A stretch of DNA of 64,000 bases from Sphingomonas sp. (GCF_024508665.1 NZ_JANINP010000002.1:36598-100597); one strand, 5' to 3'; shown: positions 39,204 to 50,482, counted from the stretch's first letter. Notes: generated from the letters alone by a model not told the origin. Program-made: numbers and translations.

Positions 39204-41120
39204 ATGCTCCGTCGCGCAGCCTTTGCCGTCCTCCTCGCCTCCTCCGTCGCCACCGTCGCGCTCGCCGAGAATTCGAAGCCGCAGCCGACGCCGATCGAGA
39301 ACACGATCCCAGTCGCGGTCGACAAACCCTATCCGGGGACGCTGACGCTCGACGTCGATGCGACCGACACGATGCGCGGCATCTACGTCGTCAAGGAGAC
39401 GATACCGGTCTCGGGCAGCGGCGAGATGGTGCTGCTCTATCCGAAATGGGTGCCGGGCGGACATACGCCGCGCAACGAGATCGACAAGGTGGTCGACCTG
39501 CACATCACCGCCGCCGGCAAGTCGGTCGCATGGAAGCGCGACCCGGTCGAGGTCTATGCCTTCCATCTCGACGTACCGAAGGGTGCCAAGTCGATCGAGG
39601 TTTCGTTCAAATACGTCACCTCGACCAAGGGCGACCAGGGCCGGATGATGGTCACGCGCAACCTGCTGAGCCTCGAGCCGATCGGCACCAGCTTCTATCC
39701 CGCCGGCTATTTCGTGCGGCAGATCCCGATCCGCATGACGGTGAAATATCCGGAAGGATGGACCGCGTCATCGGCGCTCAACGCCAAGGTGACCGGGTCG
39801 ACCTACACCTACGAACCGACCAATTACGAGATCCTGCTCGACAGTCCGATGCTGGCGGGGCGCTATTACAAGAAGTGGCCGCTCAGCGATCGGGTCAACC
39901 TCAACGTCTATGCCGATACGCAGAAGGAGCTCGATTCCGCCACCCCGGCGATGATCGACGCGCACAAGCGCTTGGTGGATCAGGCGGTGAAGACCTTCGG
40001 CGCGCAGCACTACGACCATTATGAATTCCTGCTGTCGATCTCCAACGAGCTGGGCGGGATCGGCCTCGAGCATCATCGCAGTTCCGAGGACGGCACCCGG
40101 ATGGGCTATTTCAGCGAATGGGAAGCCAATGCCGGGGCGCGCAACCTGCTGCCGCACGAATACACCCATAGCTGGGACGGCAAGTTCCGCCGCGGCGCCG
40201 ACCTGTGGACGCCGGATTACCTCTATCCGATGCGCAACAGCCTGCTCTGGGTCTATGAGGGGCAGACGCAATTCTGGGGCTATGTGCTCCAGGCGCGGTC
40301 GGGGCTGGTGTCCAAGCAGGATACGCTCGACGGCTATGCCGCGATCATGGCCAATCTCGACAACACACCGGGCCGCAACTGGCGCCCAATGATCGACACG
40401 ACCAACGACCCGATCATTTCCAACCGCCGGCCCAAGGGCTGGACCAGCAACCAGCGCTCGGAGGATTATTACAACGAAGGGCTGCTCATCTGGATGGAGG
40501 TCGATTCGATCCTTCGCCAGCAGTCGAAGGGCAGCAAGTCGATCGACGATTTCGCCCGCGCTTTCTTCGGCATCAACGATGGCGACTGGGGCGAGGTCAC
40601 CTATACGTTCGACGACGTGGTCGCCACGCTAGACAAGATCCAGCCCGGCTATGACTGGCGCGGGTTGCTGACTAAGCGGCTCTACGGCGTCGGCGAGCCT
40701 GCGCCGCTCGGCGGGTTCGAGCGCAACGGCTACAAGCTTGTCTATACCGATGTGCAGCCATCGATCGGCAAGCAGGCCGAGCGCGCGCGCAAATATAGCG
40801 ATTTCTATTATTCGCTCGGCGTCAACGTTGCTGCCGATGGCGGTCTGAGCTCGGTCCGCTGGCAGAGCCCGGCATTCGATGCCGGTCTTACGATCGGCGA
40901 CACGATCGTCGGCGTGAACGGCCTCGCTTATTCGGACGACCGGCTAAAGGCGGCGGTGACCGAAGCCAAGGGTACGAAGACGCCCATCATCCTTTTGGTC
41001 AAGGCAGGCGAAGAAGTTCGCAGCGTGAGCATCGACTATCATGATGGGCTGCGCTATCCGCACCTCGTGAAAACCGGGACCGGGGAGAGCGGTCTCGACC
41101 TGCTGCTCCAGCCCCGCTGA
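39204..41120 (+). CDS. M61 family metallopeptidase with PDZ domain (secreted)
   Basis: Signal peptide; GLEHHRS, LLPHEYTHSW (HEXXH), LWVYEG.TQFW, YYNEG, C-terminal PDZ. Confidence 0.93.
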   Translation: MLRRAAFAVLLASSVATVALAENSKPQPTPIENTIPVAVDKPYPGTLTLDVDATDTMRGIYVVKETIPVSGSGEMVLLYPKWVPGGHTPRNEIDKVVDLHITAAGKSVAWKRDPVEVYAFHLDVPKGAKSIEVSFKYVTSTKGDQGRMMVTRNLLSLEPIGTSFYPAGYFVRQIPIRMTVKYPEGWTASSALNAKVTGSTYTYEPTNYEILLDSPMLAGRYYKKWPLSDRVNLNVYADTQKELDSATPAMIDAHKRLVDQAVKTFGAQHYDHYEFLLSISNELGGIGLEHHRSSEDGTRMGYFSEWEANAGARNLLPHEYTHSWDGKFRRGADLWTPDYLYPMRNSLLWVYEGQTQFWGYVLQARSGLVSKQDTLDGYAAIMANLDNTPGRNWRPMIDTTNDPIISNRRPKGWTSNQRSEDYYNEGLLIWMEVDSILRQQSKGSKSIDDFARAFFGINDGDWGEVTYTFDDVVATLDKIQPGYDWRGLLTKRLYGVGEPAPLGGFERNGYKLVYTDVQPSIGKQAERARKYSDFYYSLGVNVAADGGLSSVRWQSPAFDAGLTIGDTIVGVNGLAYSDDRLKAAVTEAKGTKTPIILLVKAGEEVRSVSIDYHDGLRYPHLVKTGTGESGLDLLLQPR

Positions 41121-41154
41121 GACGAGGCGGCGCGCCACGCCATAAAGGAATGAC

Positions 41155-41694
41155 ATGCGGATCGATTTGATACCGGTCGGGGACAACCCGCCGGAAAGCC
41201 TGAACGTGATCATCGAAGTGCCGGTCGGCGGCGAACCGGTGAAGTACGAGTTCGACAAGAAGTCGGGCGCGCTCTTCGTCGACCGCATCCTGCACACGCC
41301 GATGCGCTATCCGGCCAATTACGGCTTCGTTCCGCACACATTGTCGCCCGATGGCGATCCGCTCGACGCGCTGGTGATCGCGCGCTCGCCGTTCGTCCCG
41401 GGCTGCGTCGTCCGCGCCCGGCCGATCGGCGTGCTCAACCTCGAGGACGAGCATGGCGGCGACGAGAAATTGATCTGCGTGCCGGTCGATTCGACCTTCC
41501 CTTATTATTCGGACGTCGGCGAGCGGCAGGACCTCCCCTCGATCGTGCTCGCGCAGATCGAGCATTTCTTCACCCACTATAAGGACCTCGAGGCCGAGAA
41601 GTGGGTGCGCGTCGGCAAATGGGGCGACGCGGCTGAAGCGCGGCAGATCGTGCTCGAAGCGATCGAGCGCGCGAAGGAAACCGAAAAGGCGTGA
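41155..41694 (+). CDS. ppa: inorganic diphosphatase
   Basis: [51 protein letters not shown]. Confidence 0.97.
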   Translation: MRIDLIPVGDNPPESLNVIIEVPVGGEPVKYEFDKKSGALFVDRILHTPMRYPANYGFVPHTLSPDGDPLDALVIARSPFVPGCVVRARPIGVLNLEDEHGGDEKLICVPVDSTFPYYSDVGERQDLPSIVLAQIEHFFTHYKDLEAEKWVRVGKWGDAAEARQIVLEAIERAKETEKA

Positions 41695-42404
41695 GGCCAC
41701 GGACCGCCTGGCGCCTGAGTGTGCTGGCGGGACTGGTGGCGTTTGCCTGTTCGTTTGCGTTCGGCAAGATCCCGGGGCTGGTCGCCTGCGGGACGTTTGC
41801 TGGCTCCGGGCAGCTCGGGCCAATCCTGGCCTTCGAACTGGCCCGGACGCCGGGCGACGTTGCGGCGTTGTTCGGTTCGGGCGCGTGTCGAGCGACGTTG
41901 GTCGGCGCACAGAATGCGGGATTGTGGCTGGACGCGCTCGGCTTCATCCCGTCGTACACCGCCTTCCTGGTGCTTGCATCGATCGCGGCCAGCCGCGGCC
42001 GCGTGCAGCGCGCGATCGTCGCGATACTGCTCGTCGCTGGTCTGAGCGATGAGATCGAGGGCGCGATCATGTGGCGGATAATAGGCAACCTGCCGGGAAC
42101 GCCCGGCCAACTCGACGCCTTGTGGTGGGCGGTACACATCAAGTTCGCCCTACTCGCCCTCGCCACCACCGCAGTCGGACTCGCGCTGCTCGGCAAATTC
42201 AGATTGTGGCCGATGCTGTTCGGCCTGATCATCACGGTCGGGGGCGCGGCGGCGATCTATGGCTTCTGGTCGCTACCCAATCCTATGATGATGGCAGGGT
42301 TCACCTACGCTTGGTTCGCGCTCCTGGTGACGGCGGTCGTGGCGTCGTTTGCGGCGGGGGTGTTTGGGCGGAGGGCGGCTCCCGCCAAAACGGGACATTC
42401 CTGA
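41691..42404 (+). CDS. hypothetical multi-pass membrane protein
   Basis: GTGA overlap with the ppa stop; about 6 hydrophobic segments. Confidence 0.75.
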   Translation: MRPRTAWRLSVLAGLVAFACSFAFGKIPGLVACGTFAGSGQLGPILAFELARTPGDVAALFGSGACRATLVGAQNAGLWLDALGFIPSYTAFLVLASIAASRGRVQRAIVAILLVAGLSDEIEGAIMWRIIGNLPGTPGQLDALWWAVHIKFALLALATTAVGLALLGKFRLWPMLFGLIITVGGAAAIYGFWSLPNPMMMAGFTYAWFALLVTAVVASFAAGVFGRRAAPAKTGHS

Positions 42405-42508
42405 TGCCGGTCGGCGGATGTGGAGACGCGATCGCCCCTATCGTCAGCAATTGACGGTGCTATATCTGACCAATACACCAAGCGCTTGATCGAACGGAGT
42501 CAGCATTA

Positions 42509-43222
42509 GTGAAAGCGATGGTCTTGCTGGTTGCGCTGCTTGGCTCCGGCGCGGCGACGAAGATGGAAGGTGCTCGGCTGCGACCAGGCTCGTCCTGCTA
42601 CTCGATCGTCGCCGGGGACAAGGTGGTCGGCACCACTTGGCAGACGATCACCGCGTCCACCGCACAAAACAAGCCGGTGTGGGACGTGGTGGTGCATCAA
42701 AAGCTCGGCGGCGGGAAGTTCGACATGCGCGATCACTTCGTGCTCGATCGCACCACGCTCCTGCCAATCCGCATGGATAGCAAGCGCGGCATTGAGCGCT
42801 CCGACCGTGGATGGCACCGCGTCGACCTTTCTTATGCTCAGGGTCGCATCACTGGGACTCAGGAGAACGCCAGTGGCTCCAAAGCCGTCGATGTGCCGCT
42901 GACCGGTCCCACCTGGGACGGTAACCTCTGGGGAGTGACATTCGCTGCGCTCCCTCTGCGTGACGGCGCGAGCTTTCAGCTACCCTTCTGGCAGTATGAT
43001 AAGGGTTTTGGGACATTCACTGTCAAGGTCGTCGGCCGCCAGGATGTCGATACGCCGGCGGGACGGGTTGACGCATGGCTGCTGGATGCAGGCCCCGATG
43101 CAGCACACCCCTATCGCTATTTGATCAGCCGACGCACGCGGCAGGAACTCGGCTACAGCGCGGAGGGAGGCAGTCAGCGCCTGACCGGTTCATGCCCCTC
43201 GGAAGGTGCGCTGCCTTCATAG
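42509..43222 (+). CDS. hypothetical exported protein (possibly DUF3108-like beta protein)
   Basis: Signal-like N-terminus; beta-strand-like patterns, V.TPAG..DAW motif; codon usage differs from neighbours. Family call tentative. Confidence 0.65.
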   Translation: MKAMVLLVALLGSGAATKMEGARLRPGSSCYSIVAGDKVVGTTWQTITASTAQNKPVWDVVVHQKLGGGKFDMRDHFVLDRTTLLPIRMDSKRGIERSDRGWHRVDLSYAQGRITGTQENASGSKAVDVPLTGPTWDGNLWGVTFAALPLRDGASFQLPFWQYDKGFGTFTVKVVGRQDVDTPAGRVDAWLLDAGPDAAHPYRYLISRRTRQELGYSAEGGSQRLTGSCPSEGALPS

Positions 43223-43357
43223 GCGAGCATGAGAACGCCCATCGGTTTATCGGCCCGTCAGCCGTGAACAGCTAAGAATTGTCAAAAGCAGTTATCATTG
43301 CCAGCCCTTCAAACCGGTTCGTCGGCTTGCTGTCATCGGTCGACATCATATCCACAG

Positions 43358-43750
43358 CTACTTGCGCGGCGCCCGCCCCCGTGACGCAACCCGCGCCGTC
43401 CGCCGCGGTGGCGCCTTCTTCGGCGCCCGCCGCCCCGCCTCTAGCGCCAGCGCGGCCCAGCGCCGGAGCTCGTCGGCATCGTCATAAACGTCGTCGGGCG
43501 CGCGGCGGTAGTTCATGCTGCCGGTCTTGCCATTCATTTCATAGGTGAAGCGCTCGCAGCCCGCTTCGTCCCACACCGCGTCGCTGTCGGCATCGGCCTT
43601 GAGCCACAGCCCGCCGCCGCTGGCGACGATCGCGAAGATGGTCCCGTCGCAATAGAGCGTGGCGCCGCCCATCATCGCGCGTTTGGTGACGCGGCCGATC
43701 GGTTCCATCGCCTCGCTCACCCAATCGATCAGGCCTTGATCGGCCGCCAT
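43358..43750 (-). CDS. TfoX/Sxy N-terminal domain protein
   Basis: RAMMGGATLYCDG.IFAIV, LWLKAD, MNYRRAP, WAALALEA; TGATG overlap with the SMR gene. Confidence 0.9.
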   Translation of the reverse strand: MAADQGLIDWVSEAMEPIGRVTKRAMMGGATLYCDGTIFAIVASGGGLWLKADADSDAVWDEAGCERFTYEMNGKTGSMNYRRAPDDVYDDADELRRWAALALEAGRRAPKKAPPRRTARVASRGRAPRK

Positions 43751-44070
43751 CAGCGCGCTCCCGTGATCTTCAGTCCGGCGATGCACGCGACGACACCGAG
43801 AATCAGCAGGAGTCGCGGCAGGCTCGCCGGCTCCTGATACCATGCAATGCCGACGATCACCGTGCCTAATGCGCCGATCCCGCCCCACACGGCATAGGCT
43901 GTCCCCATCGCGATCGACCGCGAGGCATATTCGAGCAGTGCCATCGACAGCGTGACCGAGGCGAGAAAGCCCAGTGTCCACCACAGGTTGCGAAACCCAT
44001 CGACGTGGCGGAGGCAAGTGGTGAATCCGACCTCGAAGCAGCCACCCAGGATCAGCCAGACCCAGGCCAT
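43750..44070 (-). CDS. SMR family transporter (SugE/Gdx-like)
   Basis: MAWVWLILGGCFEVGFT (conserved Glu13), MGTAYAVWGGIGALG, GLK. Confidence 0.92.
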   Translation of the reverse strand: MAWVWLILGGCFEVGFTTCLRHVDGFRNLWWTLGFLASVTLSMALLEYASRSIAMGTAYAVWGGIGALGTVIVGIAWYQEPASLPRLLLILGVVACIAGLKITGAR

Positions 44071-44549
44071 CAGCCGCGGCCGGCGAGCTTGACCAGTGCG
44101 TCGCCGCTGACGCGCCGGATTCGCCATTCGTCCATGCTCTCGGCGCCCATAGCAGTGTAGAAATCGATCGCTGGCGTGTTCCAGTCGAGCACCGCCCATT
44201 CGAAGCGGCCGCAATCGCGGTCGAGCGCGATGCCCGCGAGGTGCCGCAACAACGCCGTGCCGATGCCCGATCCCCGCGCCTCGGGAGTCACGTAGAGGTC
44301 TTCGAGATACAGGCCCTTGCGCCCCGTCCAGGTCGAGAAATTGTGGAAGAACAGCGCGAAGCCCATCGGCTCGCTATCCTGCTCGGCGATCACCGCCTCG
44401 GCCGACCGCTCACCGAACAGCGCATGTATCAAGCTCTCCTCGGTCGCCTTGACCGCATCGGGCTCACGCTCGAACTCGGCGAGCTCGCGGACGAAGCGCA
44501 GGATCAGCGCGGCATCCTGCGGCGTGGCGGGACGGATAGTCAGGGTCAA
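44070..44549 (-). CDS. GNAT family N-acetyltransferase (diamine/spermidine acetyltransferase-like)
   Basis: TTG start; IRELAEFE, ALFFHNFSTWTGRKGLYLEDLYV, RGSGIG, VLDWN.PAI.FY. Confidence 0.92.
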   Translation of the reverse strand: MTLTIRPATPQDAALILRFVRELAEFEREPDAVKATEESLIHALFGERSAEAVIAEQDSEPMGFALFFHNFSTWTGRKGLYLEDLYVTPEARGSGIGTALLRHLAGIALDRDCGRFEWAVLDWNTPAIDFYTAMGAESMDEWRIRRVSGDALVKLAGRG

Positions 44550-45436
44550 AAGGCAGCCTCCACAGTCTCGACCGACCGCCGTCGCGCGGCGATCAGGCAC
44601 CCGGTGATGATCAGCGCGGCGCCGGCGAGCGTATAGAGCGCGATTCGCTCGTTGAACACGACCCAGCCCCACAAGGATGCCCAGACGAAGGCGCTATATT
44701 CGGTTGGCGCGAGATAATTCGCCTCCCCGCGTGCATAGGCCCAGGCGAGCAGCAGCAGCGACACGGTGGCCAGCACCGCCGCCCCAACGATCGCGGGCGC
44801 GTGACGGAGATCGGGCACGTGCGCCATGAACGGCGACGCGGCGGCCAGGATCACGAGGACGATCACGCTCTGGAAGAAGGCGACTTCCTTGGGTCCGGCG
44901 ACCAGCGCCTGCTGCCGCATCAGCACGATATTATAGGCATAGCAGACCGCGGAGGTGAGTACCGCGATCGTCCCGCGGAAGCGGTCGGGCGATGGCGCCG
45001 AAGCGGCCTGGCCGAGCATGATCACCCCGACGCCGGCAAAGGCGACCAGCGAGGCGACGACCGCCCGGCGCGAAATGTGCTCCTTGAGCAGGAACGCCGC
45101 GCCGAACAGCGCCAGCAAGGGCGCGATGAAGGTTAGCGCGATCGCTTGCGCCATCGGTACGCGGGCGAGACCCCAGAAGAAGGTGACCGCCATCACCGCC
45201 GACACGGAGCCCCGGATCAGGTGGACTCGGATCGTCGCCCGCGACGGCCAAGCGGTCCGCTGCGGCAAATAGATCAGCCCGGTCAGGATCGCGCCGGCCA
45301 GGGTCCGCCACAGCAAGGTGTCGTAAGTGCCGATCTCCCGAACCAGGACCTTCATCACGGCATCCATCGACGAGAAGACGGCGATCCCCAGTACCGCGAC
45401 GGAAAACACGAAGGCGGGGCTGCGCGGCATATCCAT
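44546..45436 (-). CDS. DMT/EamA family transporter
   Basis: Ten TM segments; FFWGLARVPMAQA, FLLKE, LAPTEYSAFVWASLWG. Confidence 0.92.
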   Translation of the reverse strand: MDMPRSPAFVFSVAVLGIAVFSSMDAVMKVLVREIGTYDTLLWRTLAGAILTGLIYLPQRTAWPSRATIRVHLIRGSVSAVMAVTFFWGLARVPMAQAIALTFIAPLLALFGAAFLLKEHISRRAVVASLVAFAGVGVIMLGQAASAPSPDRFRGTIAVLTSAVCYAYNIVLMRQQALVAGPKEVAFFQSVIVLVILAAASPFMAHVPDLRHAPAIVGAAVLATVSLLLLAWAYARGEANYLAPTEYSAFVWASLWGWVVFNERIALYTLAGAALIITGCLIAARRRSVETVEAAF

Positions 45437-45507
45437 GCCGATAGCCGGAGGCGATCGTTACGTCACCGGCCTCTTCCCTCATGAGGTGAGAAGGTGGGCT
45501 TGTGAAT

Positions 45508-45600
45508 CTCCCCTCCCGCTTGCGGGAGGGGTTGGGGGAGGGCATGTCGAAACTGGGAAGAACACGCCCTCCCCCAACCCCTCCCATAAATGGGAGGGGA
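45508..45600. repeat. gene-less hairpin inverted-repeat element (short-arm subtype)
   Basis: Arms at 45508-45547 (38/40 identical to 35919-35958) and 45562-45600. Confidence 0.9.
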
Positions 45601-45611
45601 ATAGGAATGCC

Positions 45612-46094
45612 CTATTTCAGCGTCATCTTGTCGCCGCTGATCGCGACGCTGTCGAGCCGACGCAGATAATTCTGCCCGAGCAGCGAGATGGTCAGCCCGT
45701 CCAGCACCAGCGCATGAATGCCGCTGACGCGCTTGCCGTCGAGCACGACATCCTCGAGCTCGACTTCCTGCCCCCGAACCGCTCCCGACGCGCCGGTGCC
45801 GACCACATCGAACTGACCGGGATCGAACTTGATCCCCGCGCGTCGCGCATCGTCCTGGGTGAGGGCGACTTCGGTCGCGCCGGTATCGACGACGAACTTG
45901 ATCGGCTCGCCATTGACGTCGGCGACGGTGAAGAAGTGGCCGTTATCGGCGCGATCGAGCACCGTCGGCTGCGGCTGGTCGGCCGGCACCGCTGCAGCCG
46001 GCGGAGCGGCGGCGATCGGCGCGCGCTTCGCTCCCGGCAACGCCAAGCCGATCACGATTCCGATCACGGTCACCACGAGCAGCGCATATTTCAT
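45612..46094 (-). CDS. clan AA aspartic protease (TIGR02281-like)
   Basis: GHFFT...VNG, FVVDTGAT, SLLGQNYL; N-terminal membrane anchor. Confidence 0.92.
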   Translation of the reverse strand: MKYALLVVTVIGIVIGLALPGAKRAPIAAAPPAAAVPADQPQPTVLDRADNGHFFTVADVNGEPIKFVVDTGATEVALTQDDARRAGIKFDPGQFDVVGTGASGAVRGQEVELEDVVLDGKRVSGIHALVLDGLTISLLGQNYLRRLDSVAISGDKMTLK

Positions 46095-46152
46095 GGCCGC
46101 CTTTTACCGTGCGGCGATTGCAGCTCGGCTAATAGTGATGACTAAGAAGACC

Positions 46153-46548
46153 TTACTGCCGGGCCAGCCACCAGCCGAGCAACGCCAATGCCGGTGGTCC
46201 GAACACGCCGGGGAAATCGCGCCAGAAGATCGCGACGCCGCAAATACCGGTGATCATTTCGTACAGATGGACCAGGGCATGAAGGCTCAGCCATAGCGCC
46301 CCGGCCAGCACCGCCGGTCGCCGCGCCCGCAAGTTCACCGTCGCCCAACCGAATATTATCCCGCCGGCGAGATAGGCCGCGCCGATGTCGCGAATGAAAT
46401 GCTGGTTGAATGGCCCGGTGAACGGCACTGTCGGGATCGAACGATACCAGAGCTGCGGCTGGGCGAGCATGAAGACGCCGAACGCCACCGCGAAGATCGC
46501 GAGCAGGCCGACCAGCATCTGCGCCAAGCGAAAGCGTCCATCGGTCAT
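46153..46548 (-). CDS. hypothetical membrane protein (4 TM)
   Basis: AGGGGAGGGG RBS; P..WY, GPFN.HFIRDIGAAYL, WLSLHALVH. Confidence 0.8.
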   Translation of the reverse strand: MTDGRFRLAQMLVGLLAIFAVAFGVFMLAQPQLWYRSIPTVPFTGPFNQHFIRDIGAAYLAGGIIFGWATVNLRARRPAVLAGALWLSLHALVHLYEMITGICGVAIFWRDFPGVFGPPALALLGWWLARQ

Positions 46549-46568
46549 GGCCCCTCCCCTTCCCGCCC

Positions 46569-47051
46569 CTAGCGCGCGAAGTAATTGTAGATCTTGTCTT
46601 CCTTGCGCGTCGAGGCATCGTGCCAACGCGGTGCGTCTTTGAGGTTGAGCGGCTTGCCGGCGCTATCGAGCATCAGCACGGTCGGCGTTCCCTTGATCCC
46701 ATCGAGTCCGAAGCGGCGCGCGAGGTCGAGATTGCGGTCCTTCTGCCCGACATCGATCCAGACGATTTCGTAGCGGGGGCTGAGCATCGCGGCGAAGCGC
46801 GGGCTGGCGAACCAGCCGGCCAGTGCACGGCTGTCGTGGCACCAATTGGCGCCGAAGACGAGGATCACGCGATGGCCATTGGCCTTGGCGCGCGCCATCG
46901 CATCGGCGACGTCACGGCCGGCGCGATCGGGATCGCCGAACGGCCGCGCCTCGGGACGGACGGGCGCTGCGGTCGGCGCCGCGATGTCCGCCGCTGCGGG
47001 CTGCGCGGCGAGCGCGAGTGCCGCCGCGACGAGCCCGAGCGCGAGCTTCAT
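46569..47051 (-). CDS. thioredoxin-fold exported protein (WCxxS motif)
   Basis: Signal peptide; [22 protein letters not shown]; ATGA overlap with ispG. Confidence 0.88.
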   Translation of the reverse strand: MKLALGLVAAALALAAQPAAADIAAPTAAPVRPEARPFGDPDRAGRDVADAMARAKANGHRVILVFGANWCHDSRALAGWFASPRFAAMLSPRYEIVWIDVGQKDRNLDLARRFGLDGIKGTPTVLMLDSAGKPLNLKDAPRWHDASTRKEDKIYNYFAR

Positions 47052-48166
47052 GCCGCCGCCTTCGCCTCGTCCGCCGCCTCGATCTCGGCCGCCTTGGCCT
47101 CGACCAGCTTGACTATATGCTCGATCATGTCGGCGTCCTGGACATGGTGGTCGGTCACGCCCGACAGATAGACCATGTGCTTGCCGTTGCCGCCGCCGGT
47201 GATGCCGATATCGGTCTCGCGCGCTTCGCCCGGGCCATTCACGACGCAACCGAGCACCGACAGCGACATCGGCGTGCGGATATGCTGGAGTCGATCCTCC
47301 AGCGCCTGGACGGTGCGGATGACGTCGAAGCCCTGGCGCGCGCAGCTCGGGCACGACACGACGCGGACGCCGCGATTGCGGATGCCCAGCGCCTTCAGGA
47401 TCTCGAACCCGACGCGCACTTCGTCCTCGGGCTCGGCCGAGAGCGAGACACGGATCGTGTCGCCGATCCCGTACCAGAGCAGGCTGCCGATCCCGATCGC
47501 CGACTTGACCGTGCCGCCGACGAACCCGCCGGCTTCGGTGATACCCAGATGGAGCGGGCAATCGACCGCTTCGGCGAGCTGCTGATAGGCGGCGACCGCG
47601 AGGAACAGGTCGCTGGCCTTCACCGCCACCTTGAATTCGTGGAAGTCGCGGTCCTGGAGCAACTTGATGTGATCGAGCGCGCTTTCGACCAGCGCGTCGG
47701 GGCATGGTTCGCCATATTTCTCGAGCAGGTCCTTCTCGAGACTGCCGGCATTGACGCCGATGCGGATCGCGCAGCCATTGGCCTTGGCCGCGGCGACCAC
47801 TTCATTCACGCGCTCGGCCGAACCGATATTGCCCGGATTGATGCGCAAGCACGCGGCGCCGGCGTCGGCTGCCTCGAGCGCGCGCTTATAGTGGAAATGG
47901 ATGTCGGCGACGATCGGTACGCGCGCGGCGCGGACGATCTGCTTGAGCGCCGCGGTCGACTCGACGTCGGGGCACGACACGCGGATGATGTCGACGCCGG
48001 CATCCTCGCAGCGGCGGATCTGGTCGATCGTCGCCCGGGGATCGCTGGTCGGCGTGTTGGTCATCGTCTGGACGGTAACCGGCGCATCGCCCCCGACGGG
48101 GACGTTACCGACCATGATCTGACGGCTCTTGCGGCGCGTAATGTCGCGCCAGGGACGAACTGACAT
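47048..48166 (-). CDS. ispG: 4-hydroxy-3-methylbut-2-en-1-yl diphosphate synthase
   Basis: [55 protein letters not shown]. Start at 48166 (MSVRPWRDI). Confidence 0.98.
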   Translation of the reverse strand: MSVRPWRDITRRKSRQIMVGNVPVGGDAPVTVQTMTNTPTSDPRATIDQIRRCEDAGVDIIRVSCPDVESTAALKQIVRAARVPIVADIHFHYKRALEAADAGAACLRINPGNIGSAERVNEVVAAAKANGCAIRIGVNAGSLEKDLLEKYGEPCPDALVESALDHIKLLQDRDFHEFKVAVKASDLFLAVAAYQQLAEAVDCPLHLGITEAGGFVGGTVKSAIGIGSLLWYGIGDTIRVSLSAEPEDEVRVGFEILKALGIRNRGVRVVSCPSCARQGFDVIRTVQALEDRLQHIRTPMSLSVLGCVVNGPGEARETDIGITGGGNGKHMVYLSGVTDHHVQDADMIEHIVKLVEAKAAEIEAADEAKAAA

Positions 48167-48248
48167 TCGAAATCCTCTTGGGTCGCCCGCCATATAGCGG
48201 CGGGCGTCGGCGAAACCTAGTGCTCTGAGGCGGGTCGACGCGCCCGAT

Positions 48249-48401
48249 CTCCGCTCTCTGCGAGGGAGGGGTTGGGGGTGGGTTAAGTGACGGGCGAGGC
48301 TCGATGGCTCGCTCGTCGCTGTTTTGGCGGGAGGGATTGGCGATCTTTGAGCGCGCAGACGCGCGCACCCACCCCCAGCCCCTCCCTTGCAGGGAGGGGA
48401 G
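48249..48401. repeat. gene-less hairpin inverted-repeat element (short-arm subtype, left arm decayed)
   Basis: Arms at 48249-48284 and 48366-48401 (CACCCACCCCCAGCCCCTCCCTTGCAGGGAGGGGAG). Confidence 0.8.
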
Positions 48402-48523
48402 TTTGGAGACGCACAAATAAAGCGCGCAACACCCAATTTGAGCAACCGAGGTTTCGTGCGCGATAACCTTTTGGTCAGGGCCAGCCCGTTATGATCCGGA
48501 TCAACTCGGACACGAACGGCACG

Positions 48524-49687
48524 ATGACATCCCAGCGACATTATGGCCTGGACTGGCTCAGGATCGGCGCCTTCGGCCTGCTGATCGTGTACCATGTCGC
48601 CATGGTTTTCTCGACCTGGGACTGGGTGATCAAGTCGCCGGTCACCTATCATGAACTGACCGCACCGATGGCCCTGCTGACGCCGTGGCGCCTGCCTTTA
48701 TTGTTCGCGGTATCGGGCTATGCCAGCCGCAAGCTGTTCGACAAGACGCGCGACGTCCGCGCCTTCACCGATTCGCGCAATCGCCGGCTGTTGATTCCAT
48801 GGGGTTTCGCGATGGTCGCACTGATCCCGCCGGAAATGTGGGTCAGGGCACGCGAGCAGGGCTATCCGGGCAGCCTGCTCCATTTCTGGCTGACCGATTA
48901 TTGGAGCGTCACCCCGATCTATGGCCATGGCTTCCCGAGCTGGGAGCATCTGTGGTTCGTCGCTTATCTATGGGCTTATACGATGGTGCTCGCGGCGTTG
49001 TTGCTCGCGCCGGGTTGGAATGCCGCTCGGCTGACCCGCATCGTGGACCGCCTGGCGCCAGGCGCGCGCCTTCTTTGGGCGCCGATCACCGTGCTGGTCC
49101 TGCTAAAGTTTTCGGTCATGTTCATATTCTCCGAAAAGCAGGGACTGTTCACCGACTGGAACGCGCATTTCGCCTATCTGCCGATTTTCCTGTTCGGCTT
49201 CGCGCTGGCGGGCGAGAGCAAATTGTGGCCGACGATCGCGCGGCTGCAATGGCCGGCGGCGGCTGTCGCGCTGGTCGCCGGGGTGACCGTGGTTTGCATC
49301 GAGCTCGCCTATGAAGGGCATAACGTCCCGCCGCACCTCATCATGATGCTCGATCGCGCGGCGCGGCTGGCGATGGGCTGGAGCATGATCCTGGTGCTGT
49401 TCCAGCTCGCCAGCCGTTATCTCGATCACGATCACAAATGGCGCGCGACATTGGCCGAAGCGGTGTTCCCGCTCTATATCGCCCACCATCCGGCGATCAT
49501 CCTGATTGCTTGGTATACGCTGCCGCTGAACCTCAACCCGTTCGTCGAGTTCGCGCTGATCCTGACCGGCACGTTCGCGTTCGCGGTCGGCTTCTACCTG
49601 ATCGGCCGCGAAATCGACTGGCTGCGGCCGCTCATTGGCCTCAGCCCGAGATCAGTCCGCCGGACGGTAGCGCCGGCTTCCGCGTAG
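48524..49687 (+). CDS. acyltransferase-3 family protein (OpgC/MdoC-like), paralog 1
   Basis: [35 protein letters not shown]; about 10 TM. Track start is 48491. Confidence 0.9.
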   Translation: MTSQRHYGLDWLRIGAFGLLIVYHVAMVFSTWDWVIKSPVTYHELTAPMALLTPWRLPLLFAVSGYASRKLFDKTRDVRAFTDSRNRRLLIPWGFAMVALIPPEMWVRAREQGYPGSLLHFWLTDYWSVTPIYGHGFPSWEHLWFVAYLWAYTMVLAALLLAPGWNAARLTRIVDRLAPGARLLWAPITVLVLLKFSVMFIFSEKQGLFTDWNAHFAYLPIFLFGFALAGESKLWPTIARLQWPAAAVALVAGVTVVCIELAYEGHNVPPHLIMMLDRAARLAMGWSMILVLFQLASRYLDHDHKWRATLAEAVFPLYIAHHPAIILIAWYTLPLNLNPFVEFALILTGTFAFAVGFYLIGREIDWLRPLIGLSPRSVRRTVAPASA

Positions 49688-50482
49688 GCTTGCGCCCGAC
49701 GCCAGTTCGACGGTGAAGTCACCCGATTTATCGGTCTCGATGCGCCGGATCGCCGCGCGCCGCACCAGCCGGCCGCGATGGATGCGCAGGAATGCGTCGC
49801 CCAGTTCCGCCTCGACCGCCGCCAGGGTCGCGCGATGCAACAACGTCCGCGAGCCCCAGGCAATTTCCACGTAATTGCCGGCAGACGCGATCGATTCGAT
49901 TTCTTCGATCGGGATGTGATGCGTGACCGCGCCGTCGCCGACCGCGAGTGTCTTCGGTGCCCGCGATTCGGCGGCCGAATCCGTCCCGGCACGCGCGATG
50001 AGCCATTGCGCCAGCGCGAACAGTCCGACGAACTGCAGATAGGAACCGACATCCTTGCGATATTCGTAGAGCGGCTTGTTCTCGATCCCGTCGAAGAATT
50101 GGTAGGTCCCGGCGCCGGTCGCGGAATAATAAAGGTGCCGCAGCTCCACCATCAGCAGCACGTGCCAGGCCGACGCAATCACGCTGCCCAGCACGAAAAC
50201 GATGCCGACCACGACCCAGGGGAAACGGGGTGGACGGATATGCTTAACCGCCAACCAGATCACCGGCCAGACCGTGAACCACGCCATCATGCTGGTCCAT
50301 TCCCACGACCAGATCAGGTCGGGGCGGAGGAAGTGACCGTTGGCACGAAGATCACTGAGCGAAGACTCGGCATTGGCGATCATGATCGCGGCGACGATGA
50401 CCAGGAAGCCGGCAGCCAGCACGAGCACCAGCCTGCGCTGCGTCCCGTTCATCCCGCGCCACCCGCCGTTCGTCCCAGCCAC
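49652..50482 (-). CDS. membrane-anchored LytTR-family DNA-binding protein
   Basis: Four TM segments, then IESIASAGNYVE, RATLAAVE..L..AFLRIHRGRLV, GDFTVELASG..L.GSRRY; no receiver domain. Confidence 0.9.
   Translation of the reverse strand: MAGTNGGWRGMNGTQRRLVLVLAAGFLVIVAAIMIANAESSLSDLRANGHFLRPDLIWSWEWTSMMAWFTVWPVIWLAVKHIRPPRFPWVVVGIVFVLGSVIASAWHVLLMVELRHLYYSATGAGTYQFFDGIENKPLYEYRKDVGSYLQFVGLFALAQWLIARAGTDSAAESRAPKTLAVGDGAVTHHIPIEEIESIASAGNYVEIAWGSRTLLHRATLAAVEAELGDAFLRIHRGRLVRRAAIRRIETDKSGDFTVELASGASLRGSRRYRPAD

Noticed and set aside
42451-42480. TTGACG and GCTATATC promoter elements upstream of the 42509 ORF
   Set aside because: The two motifs are 2 nt apart, which is incompatible with one promoter; the alternative -10 at 17 nt (TACACC) is weak.
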